Of a stretch of DNA of 64,000 nucleotides, positions 50,504-60,915 are shown one piece after another. The DNA comes from Vulcanimicrobiota bacterium (lineage in GTDB: Bacteria; Vulcanimicrobiota; Vulcanimicrobiia; Vulcanimicrobiales; Vulcanimicrobiaceae). The position numbers and the translations under genes are program-made. The notes below the pieces were generated by a model that saw nothing but the letters and a program-made list of their open reading frames with translations, made no database searches and was not told where the DNA came from. The DNA lies in the NCBI GenBank assembly GCA_963795855.1, contig CAWCIZ010000002.1:160001-224000 (forward strand), in the 5' to 3' direction. Every line of letters begins with the position of its first letter. Positions within the stretch are counted from its first letter, which is position 1.

Positions 50504-52732
50504 ATGCGATTGCTCGCTGCGCTCGTCCTCGCCGCCGTCTCCATGTTCGCCTCCGTTCCGGCGACCCTGGCGCCGCATCCTTTACCGCTGGACCCGGCAC
50601 TTTCCGATCCGGCTTGGGCGGCGGGCGCGATACCCGTTCCGGACGGGTTTTACGATTTGACGACTCGCCGCCGCGCACCGCATGCGACGTCAGTGTGGAT
50701 GCTCTACGATGCGAAGAATCTCTACGTCGGATTTCGCGCGGAGCAAACCGGCACGCCGATCGTCGCGCAGCAGACCACCAACGACGTCGGATTCGGTTTG
50801 GATGACTTCGTCGGCGTCGGCATCGATACGAGCGGCGCCGGCACCAACGTCTACTATTTCGAAACCACGCCGCGCGGCGTGCGTTACGAACAGGCCAGCG
50901 AAACCAACCGGTACCACCCGACCTGGAGCGCGCGGGCGGCGGTACGCGACGGCTCGTGGAGCGCGGTGCTGATCATCCCTCTCCGCGTGATGCGCATTCA
51001 TGCAGGGTCGCCTCAGACGTGGCGCATCAACTTCATTCGCAACGTCGCCGCTTCGGCGGAACACTACACGTGGGCGTTCAACGGCGCAATGAGTGACGGC
51101 GCGATAGGCCAAGGCTGGCCGAATTTCGTCGACATGCGCTACTGGGCAGCGTTGGGCAACGTCCAGGTCAGCAGCGCGATGCTCACCGCCGCGAAACCGA
51201 AACCGCGCGCGGAATTTTACGCGCTCGATAGCGCAGGGCGCGATCGCAATATTTTTCAGCAGTCCAACGGCACGTTCGCTTCGCAAAACGTACGCGTAAC
51301 CGGCCTCGATCTCACCTATCCCGTTACGCCGACGATCAATTTCGTCGGCACCCTCAACCCGGATTTTTCGAACGTCGAAATCGACCAGCAAACGATCGCG
51401 CCGCAAGAGTTCCGGCGTACGCTCCAGGAATACCGCCCCTTCTTCTCGCAAGGCGCGGGATTCATCAATGCAAACGCGGTGGCCATCGGCCCGGATGTGG
51501 TCTTTTATTCGCCCGGCGTGGGGCCGTTCGATCGCGGCGAAAAAGTGGAAGGAACCTTTGGGCAGCAATCCTTCGGCCTGCTGAATTTCCGCGGATTCGA
51601 CAGCACCACGGGAAACACGTTCGACGATACCGCTTTCGGATACAAGCACGCCCTGCAGAATCGCACGTTCCTGTATTGGGTCGATGGGGTCGAGGCGCAC
51701 CATAGCATTTTCGGCGACGACATGACCAACGAGTTCGGCGTTGCGGGCCGCGATTTAAAGTCCGGTTTCGTGTGGGGCGTCGACAACGCCATGGAGCACG
51801 GATCGTGGGATCCGCTCGGAACTTCCCACAATGTAAACGGTTTCATCGACGTCCATCAGCACAACTATGAATGGAACCTCGACTACCAGGACATCTCGCC
51901 TTTCTACAACCCCATCGACGGCTACACCGCGGCGTCGGACGAACGCGGGCCCTCGCTATATGCGTGGACGGCCGGCGCGACGCCATACGTCAAAAACTAT
52001 CAACTGAACCTTTTTGCCGATCGCTTCACGGACCGCTCGGGCGCGGTTCATCAGGCGGACTTCGATCCGACTTTCAACGCGACGTTCAAAAACGGCTTCT
52101 CGATCAACGGCATCGGCCCGTCAATCGGCGAACTGCGCAGTTACGCCGTCGTGAATCCCGCTGCCGGCGGAACGACATGCAACGACCCGGCGCTTCCGCG
52201 TTCGTACTTTACCGGATACCCGACGTACTATTGCCCGCGCTCGGACACGTACAACCTGATGGCGATTCCCATTGGATACCGCGACGGCACACCGACGCCG
52301 GTCGATGCGGCGGTCGAATTCGGCCGTTTCGGTTACGGATTACTCGGGACGGCGGATAACGGCCCCGACTACGTGCACTTGTACACGATCTCGACGTCGC
52401 GGCCGCTCGGGCGCTTCCTATCGCTCGGTTTGGAATACGACGGCACGTTCGAGCGCGGCGTCGCCAGCGGGCTTTACGACTCGCAGTGGCTGCGCAGAGT
52501 TTCCATCGGCGCGCAATTGGGTCCGGATGAAAACCTGACCATTTCGCTGCGCGCGATTAGCGGAAACGGTGGTTTCGCGCTGCCCGGCACGAATTTCGCG
52601 GCGGCCTATCAGCGCCGCTTCCGCAACGGCGATCAGATATTCGTGAATTTCGGAACGCCGGCCGCGCCGTACACGCTCGATCGGTTCATCATGAAGTACG
52701 TCTTCCGCTTAGGCGGCGAAGAAGGAACGTAG
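50504..52732 (+). CDS. Secreted/outer-membrane protein with CBM9-like N-domain (DUF5916-like)
   Basis: Signal peptide, MLYDAKNLYV, LNPDFSNVEID, EYRPFF.QG. Confidence 0.75.
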   Translation: MRLLAALVLAAVSMFASVPATLAPHPLPLDPALSDPAWAAGAIPVPDGFYDLTTRRRAPHATSVWMLYDAKNLYVGFRAEQTGTPIVAQQTTNDVGFGLDDFVGVGIDTSGAGTNVYYFETTPRGVRYEQASETNRYHPTWSARAAVRDGSWSAVLIIPLRVMRIHAGSPQTWRINFIRNVAASAEHYTWAFNGAMSDGAIGQGWPNFVDMRYWAALGNVQVSSAMLTAAKPKPRAEFYALDSAGRDRNIFQQSNGTFASQNVRVTGLDLTYPVTPTINFVGTLNPDFSNVEIDQQTIAPQEFRRTLQEYRPFFSQGAGFINANAVAIGPDVVFYSPGVGPFDRGEKVEGTFGQQSFGLLNFRGFDSTTGNTFDDTAFGYKHALQNRTFLYWVDGVEAHHSIFGDDMTNEFGVAGRDLKSGFVWGVDNAMEHGSWDPLGTSHNVNGFIDVHQHNYEWNLDYQDISPFYNPIDGYTAASDERGPSLYAWTAGATPYVKNYQLNLFADRFTDRSGAVHQADFDPTFNATFKNGFSINGIGPSIGELRSYAVVNPAAGGTTCNDPALPRSYFTGYPTYYCPRSDTYNLMAIPIGYRDGTPTPVDAAVEFGRFGYGLLGTADNGPDYVHLYTISTSRPLGRFLSLGLEYDGTFERGVASGLYDSQWLRRVSIGAQLGPDENLTISLRAISGNGGFALPGTNFAAAYQRRFRNGDQIFVNFGTPAAPYTLDRFIMKYVFRLGGEEGT

Positions 52733-52749
52733 GCGAAACGCCGCCGCGC

Positions 52750-53224
52750 TCAGCGCGGTTCGAGCAGTCGCGGATCGAGTCCCCACGCTTCAATCGCTAC
52801 GACCTTGCATTTGGCGAAGTCGCGGTGTTGCGGGTTGACGAGCACGTTGTGCTCGCGCGGAATGACCGCGGAAGGCACGCGCAATCCCACGCCGGATGCC
52901 GAGGCCAGCCACCTATCGCCAATGCGCTGCGTGCTGGGTGCCGGCGGAAAGCTGCGCCAGTCGTTCGGGAGCGCGGTCTCATCGAATGGCGTAACGTACC
53001 GATCGTCCAGCTCCGCAACAACGAGAACCGTTTCGTGAAAGAACGCCTCGTTCGTCGCATGCACCAGATACTCGAGAGTCGCAAGCGATTCGCTCTCAGT
53101 CTGCGAACGCGATGCGGCGTCCCGGCGTGTTCCAACGGCTGCCCGCTAGATATGCGCCCTCACCGCTAAATGCGCCGCCCGGCCCTTCGACGAAGGACCG
53201 ACGCGCCAACCGGAACAAGTGCAC
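52750..53224 (-). CDS. RES-domain toxin (putative NAD+ phosphorylase; frameshifted)
   Basis: MHLFRL..., RWNTPG, LATLEYLVH, TQRIGDRW, LRVPSAVIP, NVLVNP.H; starts right after antitoxin stop. Confidence 0.88.
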
Positions 53225-53725
53225 TTATGCAACGCCGCCGTACGCGATACTGTAGAGCGATTGCAGCACCGCTTGCGTGCCGACTTCGGTTTCGAGCATT
53301 TCCAGCGGCGTAACGCCGCCGAGGTAGCGGTTCGCCGCGCGAAGCCACGCCAGCGCCTTTTCGTGCGTGCCGACCAGACGGCCCGCGAGCAGCGTCATTG
53401 ACGCCAAACGCACGACGCGATCGGACGTCGCCAGATTGAGACGCTCGCTGCGTCGCTTCTCTAAAAGATATCGCTGAATCGTGCGCGTCGAATTTGCGGT
53501 GACGCGCGCGATCTCTTCGATGCTGTACCCGCGTTCGCGCAACGCGATAATGGTGGACGCGGGCAAGCCGCGGCGCACCTCGTCACTCAGTTCGCGGGGA
53601 TTCCCGGCCCGCGCCACGCCGCGTGCCTTGAGCAAGGCGCCGATTTCGGACGGAGTCACCGCCGCTTCGACAAGTGTCGTGGCAGGTAATGCCATTTGTC
53701 GTAAGTGTATCACTGCTGCGCTCAT
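53225..53725 (-). CDS. Xre/MbcA/ParS-family antitoxin
   Basis: VRRGLP, RL....SDRVVRLA, A.AWL...N..LGG.TPLEML.TE.G...V...L..I.YG. Confidence 0.92.
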   Translation of the reverse strand: MSAAVIHLRQMALPATTLVEAAVTPSEIGALLKARGVARAGNPRELSDEVRRGLPASTIIALRERGYSIEEIARVTANSTRTIQRYLLEKRRSERLNLATSDRVVRLASMTLLAGRLVGTHEKALAWLRAANRYLGGVTPLEMLETEVGTQAVLQSLYSIAYGGVA

Positions 53726-53744
53726 GTGTCGAGCGTAGCAGGGG

Positions 53745-53768
53745 CCGGTGCCAGGGGCCTGGCACCGG
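53745..53768. repeat. Perfect GC-rich inverted repeat (operator, terminator or REP-like)
   Basis: CCGGTGCCAGG-GG-CCTGGCACCGG. Confidence 0.75.
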
Positions 53769-53781
53769 GCCTCGCCCAGCT

Positions 53782-54807
53782 TCAGGGCATGACGGTGACG
53801 CGCCCTTCCATCAGCGAGTTATCGTGGTAGACGCAGCCGTAGTAGAACTGGCCGGCCTTCGTGAACCGCAATTGGAATTTTTGACCCGGCGCAAACGTGC
53901 CGGAGTTCACGATCTTCGAACCGTCGTAATCCGTTATCCCCGGCGGGGCGACGACATTGACGGCGGGGTCGGGCGGGATGGGGGGCAGATCGCTTTGCCC
54001 CGCGACGTTGAACGTCACGGTGTGCGGTTCGTTGCTGCTTTCATTCACCCACGTAAGCACCGTACCTACCTTGATAGTCATGTTCCCGGAGTTGGAGAGC
54101 AACTTTCCGATGTCGAGGAACCGAAGCACGGTCGAGTCGGCAGGCGGAAAATGCACCAGTCCGGGAGAGATTCCGGCAGCAAGCGTGGTTCCGCCGGGCT
54201 TGAACGGGAACGACGAGATGGAAGCAAATCCGGCGTTCAAATCGTCCCAACGCTCCGTTTGCGCGGCGTTCGCGTAATACGCGGCGGTATGCGGATACGG
54301 TGTGCCGGTTCGCTGCACTACGACCGTCATCACCATGGCCGGCTCGTGGAACAAGCACAAGATGCGATACGTTCCGGGCGTCGGAAAGTTCAGCGTGAAC
54401 ACTTGCCCGCCGGCTAAAATGCCCGAGTTGAGCGCATGCGTTCCGTCGACGGTGCTTCCACCGTACGGATTGACGTCGTTCGGATCGAACGGCGTCGGAA
54501 CTTTCGCGCCGGCCGGGAAGAACGAGACGGTATGCGCATCCCCGCCGGAGCCGCTCGCGACGTGATACGAGACGGTATCGCCCGCGTTAATGGTGATCGC
54601 ATTCGGATAGAAGTCGAGGTCTTGTACGGCGAAGTTGTGATCTGAAGCACCGGTTCCAATACTCCAGTTCGTCGACGCGAAACCGGCCGTTTGCGCGGCT
54701 CGATCCACGCTTGCCGGAACCGAAGGAATCGGCGACGTCGATTGCATGCCGCCACCCGCGCAGGCTGACAATGAAAGGATCCACAAACAGGAAAGGGCCT
54801 TGCGCAT
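53782..54807 (-). CDS. Lipoprotein with two cupredoxin (type 1 copper) domains
   Basis: AAGGAG RBS, lipobox LSAC; HTVSF...CLFHEPAM and HTVTF...CVYHDNSLM. Confidence 0.87.
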   Translation of the reverse strand: MRKALSCLWILSLSACAGGGMQSTSPIPSVPASVDRAAQTAGFASTNWSIGTGASDHNFAVQDLDFYPNAITINAGDTVSYHVASGSGGDAHTVSFFPAGAKVPTPFDPNDVNPYGGSTVDGTHALNSGILAGGQVFTLNFPTPGTYRILCLFHEPAMVMTVVVQRTGTPYPHTAAYYANAAQTERWDDLNAGFASISSFPFKPGGTTLAAGISPGLVHFPPADSTVLRFLDIGKLLSNSGNMTIKVGTVLTWVNESSNEPHTVTFNVAGQSDLPPIPPDPAVNVVAPPGITDYDGSKIVNSGTFAPGQKFQLRFTKAGQFYYGCVYHDNSLMEGRVTVMP

Positions 54808-54908
54808 AAGCGCTCCTTTTGCAAAGCAACGGTAGGACCCATTGTACTGCGGGGAAGCGCTCGGCGTTACAGAGAAGGGCTTCCTCTATCGCCTAACGAG
54901 CGGACGAG

Positions 54909-55875
54909 CTACCGCTGCGGCCCTGGAGCGTCCGGTTCGCTCATGATGTCTTCCTTCGTGACGAACCAGCTCGAGAGATCCGACGGCGGGTGATCCGACG
55001 CGGTGATCGCGTCGAACGTCACGCTGGCGCGTTCGTACCGGTGGTCGCCCACACCGACCGGCGCCGCCGCCGACTCCTCTGCAATGTACAGCGCGCCGTT
55101 CAAGTCGGCGAACGTCACGGTCCACGGAACTGCAGATCCGGTGAAATTGCTCGCGCTTACGAGTTTGCGCGTTTCGTATGTTTGCGTGTCGATCCAGAGT
55201 TCGCGCAAGCGCAGCCGCGGCGAATCGTACGCCGGCTTGAGCAGCAGATGGTAACATTCGTGCCCGCCGACGTTATCGGTTCCGGCCATCGTAACGATGT
55301 ACCGGTGCTGGAATCCGGTCACGACCGCGATCGTTTTCATTCCGCCTTCATTCGCGAGCTGCGCGGCTTTCACGGGCGGCGTCGGGTCGGCGAACTCGCG
55401 CCGAATTTCTTGAACCAGCGCGTCCGGATCGCTTTCTCCTTCGAATGCCGCCGAGCTCATGCCGAACGAATACGTGGGAGAGATCATCGGCACGCCGAGA
55501 TAATCCACCGCTTCGCCGGGGTTGCCGACCTTTTTGTCAAACAGCACTTTGCCCTGACGGCGCGGGAGCAAATGAAATGTAATACCGTTGGGATCGGGCG
55601 GAGCTGCGCGCTCTTCATCGCTTACCGGGTTAACGTAGATTTTTGCGTTTTGCGCGTCGTAAGCAAGATGATAGTGCTTCTCTTTGTCGACGCCGTGTTC
55701 GGTGACTCGAACCGTGACCATGTAGTCTGAGATACGCCGGATAGCGTTGCTGCGCCCACACGTTGCGCGCGCGGCCAAAGATTTGGTACGGGTCGGCATT
55801 CGCGGCGCGACCCGGCATGGTGCTGCTTCCTACAATGCCGACGGCCACGATGGCCGCGACGAGCAACCGCCTCAT
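54909..55875 (-). CDS. Secreted hypothetical protein, LolA/outer-membrane-sorting-like (frameshift near 55735)
   Basis: Signal peptide, ADPYQIF.RAR, CYHLLL.P......LRELWID..TY. Confidence 0.7.
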
Positions 55876-55947
55876 CTATAGCACCTATTCCCGGAAGTAA
55901 GCGTTCCCCCCAGCATGGCCCCAGGATTGTTTGCTACGTTACACACC

Positions 55948-56286
55948 GTGAAGAGCTGCAAGGGGGCGGACGGCGCGCGTATCGTCGTTCTGCGTGGTGA
56001 TTTGGACGTGTTCCGGGCCGATGAGGTTCGCCAGGCTCTCCAGGAGGCCGCCGCAGAGCCTCTGCTCGTGATCGACCTGAGTGAGGCGCGCAGCATTTCC
56101 GCAAGCACGCTAGGCGAGCTCGTTCGCAGCTACAAGCAGCGGCTCAATGCCGGCCTGCAAACCGCCCGCGTGGTGGTTCGGTCGGCGCACGTGCGCAAGA
56201 TCTTCGACATCACCGGCCTTTCGCGGCTTTGGCCGTTCTTCGAGAGCGTCGATGCGGCAAAATGCCATAGTGGTGGCATGAAATAA
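55948..56286 (+). CDS. STAS-domain anti-sigma factor antagonist
   Basis: LRGDLD, VIDLS....ISAS.LG.L, KIFDITGL. Confidence 0.88.
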   Translation: MKSCKGADGARIVVLRGDLDVFRADEVRQALQEAAAEPLLVIDLSEARSISASTLGELVRSYKQRLNAGLQTARVVVRSAHVRKIFDITGLSRLWPFFESVDAAKCHSGGMK

Positions 56287-56301
56287 CGCCACGCTGGCGG
56301 C

Positions 56302-56856
56302 ATGCGCTATGCCGTCATCGACGTGGAAACGACCGGCTTTTGTGCCCGCAACGATCGCGTGGTGGAAGCCGCGTGCGTGCACGTGGATAACGGCGAGATC
56401 GCGGCGACGTGGGCCACGCTCGTCAACCCGGGGCGTTCGATTCCTCAATATGCAACACGCGTTCACGGCATTACCGACGCCGACGTCGCGAACGCCCCGC
56501 CATTCGAGTTCGTTCAGCGCAAACTGTTTGAACGATGCGCGGGCGCGCTCGTCGTTGCGCACAACGCGGCATTCGATTTGAGTTTCCTTCCGATGCTCGC
56601 GACGGTGCCGTCGCTGTGCACGCTTCGCTTGGCTCGAAGACGCTTTCCGAATGCTCCCAATCATAAAAACCAAACGCTGCGCGGATATTTGGCGGTCGAT
56701 GACCTGCTGCGAACGCGGACGCCGTTTCCATATGAGCCGGATTCGGCGCCGCATCGCGCGCTGGCCGATGCGCTCGTTACGGCGGGCATACTTTTGCGCT
56801 GCCTCGAACGGCCGCACGCAGGGCAAACAGGCGGATATGTCCTAAGGACGGCTTAG
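56302..56856 (+). CDS. DEDDh 3'-5' exonuclease (DnaQ-like)
   Basis: IDVETTG, VAHNAAFD, HRALADA. Confidence 0.93.
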   Translation: MRYAVIDVETTGFCARNDRVVEAACVHVDNGEIAATWATLVNPGRSIPQYATRVHGITDADVANAPPFEFVQRKLFERCAGALVVAHNAAFDLSFLPMLATVPSLCTLRLARRRFPNAPNHKNQTLRGYLAVDDLLRTRTPFPYEPDSAPHRALADALVTAGILLRCLERPHAGQTGGYVLRTA

Positions 56857-56881
56857 GTGGGCACTTGCCTCACGGAGGAGG

Positions 56882-57805
56882 ATGCGGGTGAAACGGTTCG
56901 TGCCGGTGCTTTTCGCTGCGAATACGGTACTTTTGTCGGCGTGCGGCGGAGGAGGCGCGAGCGGCAGCCGCATCGGTCCACCGCCGACAGTTGCGCCCAC
57001 CCAAACGCCGGGCGCTATCGGCGCTGAAGGCACGCTCGTGGACGACGCCGGCGGCACTCCACTTGCCGGGCAGAGAGTCCAGCTCGATCCGTGGATCGCG
57101 TATCCGACGCCCGGACCGACGCCTACCCCGATCCTCACCACGACAACCGACGCGGACGGGCATTTCACGGTGAAAGCGCCCAACGGCACGTATTTGTTAG
57201 TCATCGGTCCGGACACAGTGAATACGCCGCCGCCCGGCTGGGCGACGCCGGCCCCAAGCGCGACCGATACGCCGATCCCGGGCGTGTCCGGCTGGTACGC
57301 AACCGTTCACGATCGCCTCGTGCTGAGCGGTCAAACCGTACTCGTTGCGCCGACGATGCCGCCGGAACCGTACTACACGCCGCCTGCAACCGAAACGAGA
57401 GGCGCATATCGGCTTTCCGCACTCGATCCGCTCACGGAAGCGCCGTGCATACTCGCGTACAATCAACAACGCATTGCTTTGGGGCTTCCGGCAGCCGTTG
57501 CCGACGAGTGGAGCGTTGAAAACACTCGCGCGGTTGTCAATGCATCGTATTTAGCTCTGGGCAAGTGGTGGAACGGGCACCGTCAATTTTCTGACTGGCG
57601 GCACAGGCCACGCATATGTACAGCGGTTCGAGCAATTGTGCTAATGGGTTCGACGCGGCGGCTTACGTGTTTGGCGGTATATCACAAGCGCTGAGCCCGC
57701 AAGCTGTTTGGTTTGGTGGCTTTTACTCGCAAGTATGCGAATGGCACGCAAGCCTGGGGCAGTGCGGAGTATCCGATTGACGTAGGGTTCCCAGACGAGA
57801 ATTGA
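56882..57805 (+). CDS. Pro/Thr-rich surface lipoprotein (3' part frameshifted, lower GC)
   Basis: GGAGG RBS, lipobox LSAC, TTTDADGHF prealbumin-like fold; continues in other frames to ...AEYPIDVGFPDEN*. Confidence 0.7.
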
Positions 57806-57807
57806 TC

Positions 57808-59348
57808 CCTAGCCCAATTCCAAGTGGCCGTGAGTAGCGGTAGACCGTTACCTACACGGCGGGAATAGTAAAAGATCCCCAGGACGTTCCAAGTAACAGA
57901 TCTTAGTGCACGTGTTTGCCACGAGGCACGATACGAAACGTACTCCGCTTCTTCCGTTATTTCGACAGGTCCACCGTCTGACACGTACGACAGTGAATGG
58001 GCCAGTTCCTAAAGAAGGGCTATATTGTAACGCCTGCCACGGAGACGCTACCAACTTTCCCTGCCCGGAGTAGCCTTCGACGGCGCCAGCGCTCGAAATC
58101 ACAATATGGCGCATCGTTCGGCCACGCCACGTTGTATTCTGCATGATCCACCAATAACCCAACAGGGCTGAATTACTTGTGCGGCCACGAGTGCTTGTAC
58201 CGCATCACTGCTGGCCGATGAAGGCTAGATTGCAATCTGTTGTTGATTGGCCCCACCCGAGGCGACTTGCGATGCTCTGGGCCCATAGAAGTTGGGCGTC
58301 CATCCTGAAAGAATTACGTTACCTGCGCTGCACGGGTTACCTGCTGGCGCCACTGATCCACGAACGCATTCGGAGCGTTGTATCCCGGTTCGTAGAGTGA
58401 AATCACGCTCGAACTCATGCAGCCGCTGCCGTCCGTAGTTACGGTTGCATCGTAGGGATCGGTGGCATTTGCGAGCGCGCGCGCGAACGTTGCGTCCGCG
58501 TAGGCGATCGCGGTGCCGCACCCTGCAGCGCGAGCTATGCCGCCGCCGAAAAGTGCGTTGACGCGTTCGGCAAGCGTTGGAACCGCACTACTCGACGCAA
58601 GCATCGTACCGGAAACCGGATAGCGTACTGCGGGCGGCCACACGGAAAGCGCGCCGGGCGTCGAGGACGGTGCGGGCGAAGGCGTATAATTCAGCACCAC
58701 GGTAAAGCCGCTCGGAGCGCTTCGCGTTGCCAACTCCAGATCGCGCTTGAGCGTCGGGCCTTCCACGTGAACGTACGTGATGTCGTTCCCGCCCGCGATC
58801 CACGGCATGCTGGGATAGAAATGGACGACGCCGCTCTGTAGTGCGGCTCCCGCGTAGAGCGAAGAGAAAATTGCGGCGGCTGGATCTTGCAACGCCGTGA
58901 TCGGATACGTGTGCGCGTAAAATTTCGTGATGTTCGCGTAGTCGACGTCGCTCGTCACGGCGCCCCCGGGCGCAGCGAAGCGATAGCGGTGCAGCGTGTG
59001 TGCGGTGGCGTCGTAAGAGTAAGCCCAAAAGTATGGCTGCTGCTTACCGTCACGCGTGAAGAAATCCACTTCATGACCGTCTGCGTTCGTTGCGCCGGTC
59101 ACGTCGTTCGGCGGCACGTAGATTGCCCACGCATCGTCTTCCTCGGACGTAAGACTGTCGGTCAATTGCGCCATAGTGCTCTGTTCGAAATCACGTTTCG
59201 CTTGAAAACGGCTTACGAGAAGCGTTTGGGATAGCGCATGAAGCATGAACCATCCGATCAGTACCGCAATGGCAACTGCAAGAACCGTCTCCAATAGCGA
59301 AAACCCACGCGAACATCGCCCCACGCCGCAGGTAGTGCCCGCTTGCAT
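57808..59348 (-). CDS. Large prepilin-type (type IV pilin-like) protein; Cys-containing 3' part frameshifted, end uncertain
   Basis: RG|FSLLETVLAVAIAVL class III signal; protein-like pieces continue past the 58314 stop. Confidence 0.7.
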
Positions 59349-59387
59349 GGGATTCTGAGACGCGCCGTGGGTATATTAGCAGACCCT

Positions 59388-59573
59388 ATGAATACCTCGA
59401 ATTGCAAGACGGAGGGGTGGGCGCCGATGCCGCTTGATCGCGTCGCGTTCAATCTTTGGAACGCAAGCGTTCGCGCGTCGGATATTTTGGTGTTGCGCAC
59501 CGTCGGCCGGGTAATCGAACTTCAACTGCGCGGCGGAAACGGCAATCTGCGCAGTCTCGTTCTGCAATTATAG
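59388..59573 (+). CDS. Small hypothetical protein, 61 aa
   Basis: TATATT upstream; ORF fills gap and ends at the MFS stop. Confidence 0.45.
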   Translation: MNTSNCKTEGWAPMPLDRVAFNLWNASVRASDILVLRTVGRVIELQLRGGNGNLRSLVLQL

Positions 59574-60911
59574 CGGCGCACGAATCGCGCGAACACCTGC
59601 TACCGACACCAGCACCGTCGCGAGCATAACGAGCACGAGCGCGAGTTCGTGCAACGAACCGTCCGCGGCACTGGCGCTGAAGGCAATCGCGATCAGACTC
59701 GACGCCAGCATCGCGCCGACGTAGCCGGCCGTTCGCAGCAAGCCCGACGCAACGCCGATATACGTTTCATGGGCGTGGATCGCAAGCGTCGCTTGTTCCG
59801 AAATCGGATTCATGCCGTTCGGGATTCCGAGCACTGCGCTCGCCGCCAGCACCGCAACTGCAGTCGAGTGCGCATGCAGTTGCAGCAGCAAGACCGTACC
59901 GGCGAGAGCACCGGCACACCCGTAAAACAGCGCAATCCTTGGACGCAGCCGCGCGCCGAATATGGCGCATGCGATAGCCACCAGAGAAGTCGGAAGCATC
60001 AGCAGGCCGGCCTGAGCCGGCGTCGCGCGGTGCGCTTGCTCGAGCCATTGGGGAAAGCCGTAGAATACCGAATAGAAAATCGTATAGATGGCGACATAGC
60101 GCGCGTAAACGGCGAGCAGTGGACGGTTGCGGGCGAGCATTCGCACGTCGATGAACGGCGCCGTGCTGCGCCGCTCGATGAAAAGCCACAGCGCAAAGCA
60201 CGCCACCATTGCACAAACCACGTACCATGATACGTTCCGCGGATGCAAAAGCGTGACGAGCAGGAGCGTCAGGCCGCCTGCAAACGTCACGATGCCGCCA
60301 AAATCCACGTCACGGATCGCTTGGCGCGCGTCGCGGCGCGGTGTCGTTCCGCGCGGCAGCCAAAACGCGCCGAGGAGTCCGGCACACAGCGCAACCGGAA
60401 CGACGACGAGCACGGTCGATCGCCACCCGGCAAACTGCACCAGAAGACCGCCGAGCGTCGGACCGACGACGATGCTGACCTGCCCCGCAATCGTAATCGC
60501 GCTGAGCGCGCTCGGACGAAGACGCCCGCGTTCGTCGGCGGCGAAACGGCGCAGCAGAATCATGGCTGCGGGATACGCAGCCGAGGTTCCGAAGCCCAGC
60601 ACGACGCGCCACGCTATGAGTACGCCGAGCGAAGGAGCTGCGGATCCGCCCACGCCGGCAAGCGTCGTGAGCACAAGTCCCGCGTAGAAGACGGGAATCG
60701 CGCCGTAGATGTCGGCAAGCCGGCCCATGAGCGGCTGGCCAACCGACGTTGCCAAGTACAAAGCAGCGATCAGCCACGCCGTTTGGGCGGCACTCGCATG
60801 AAACGCATCACCGATCGGCACGAGCGCCGTGGCAATGATCGAAGAATTGATCGGATTGAGCGTCAAGCCGAGCAGGAGCGGCGTGAGGTTCCGAGCACTC
60901 AGAGCCTGCAA
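59568..60911 (-). CDS. MFS transporter
   Basis: LNPINSSIIATAL, GRLADIYG, GPTLGG. Confidence 0.9.
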   Translation of the reverse strand: MQALSARNLTPLLLGLTLNPINSSIIATALVPIGDAFHASAAQTAWLIAALYLATSVGQPLMGRLADIYGAIPVFYAGLVLTTLAGVGGSAAPSLGVLIAWRVVLGFGTSAAYPAAMILLRRFAADERGRLRPSALSAITIAGQVSIVVGPTLGGLLVQFAGWRSTVLVVVPVALCAGLLGAFWLPRGTTPRRDARQAIRDVDFGGIVTFAGGLTLLLVTLLHPRNVSWYVVCAMVACFALWLFIERRSTAPFIDVRMLARNRPLLAVYARYVAIYTIFYSVFYGFPQWLEQAHRATPAQAGLLMLPTSLVAIACAIFGARLRPRIALFYGCAGALAGTVLLLQLHAHSTAVAVLAASAVLGIPNGMNPISEQATLAIHAHETYIGVASGLLRTAGYVGAMLASSLIAIAFSASAADGSLHELALVLVMLATVLVSVAGVRAIRAPL

Positions 60912-60915
60912 TTCC

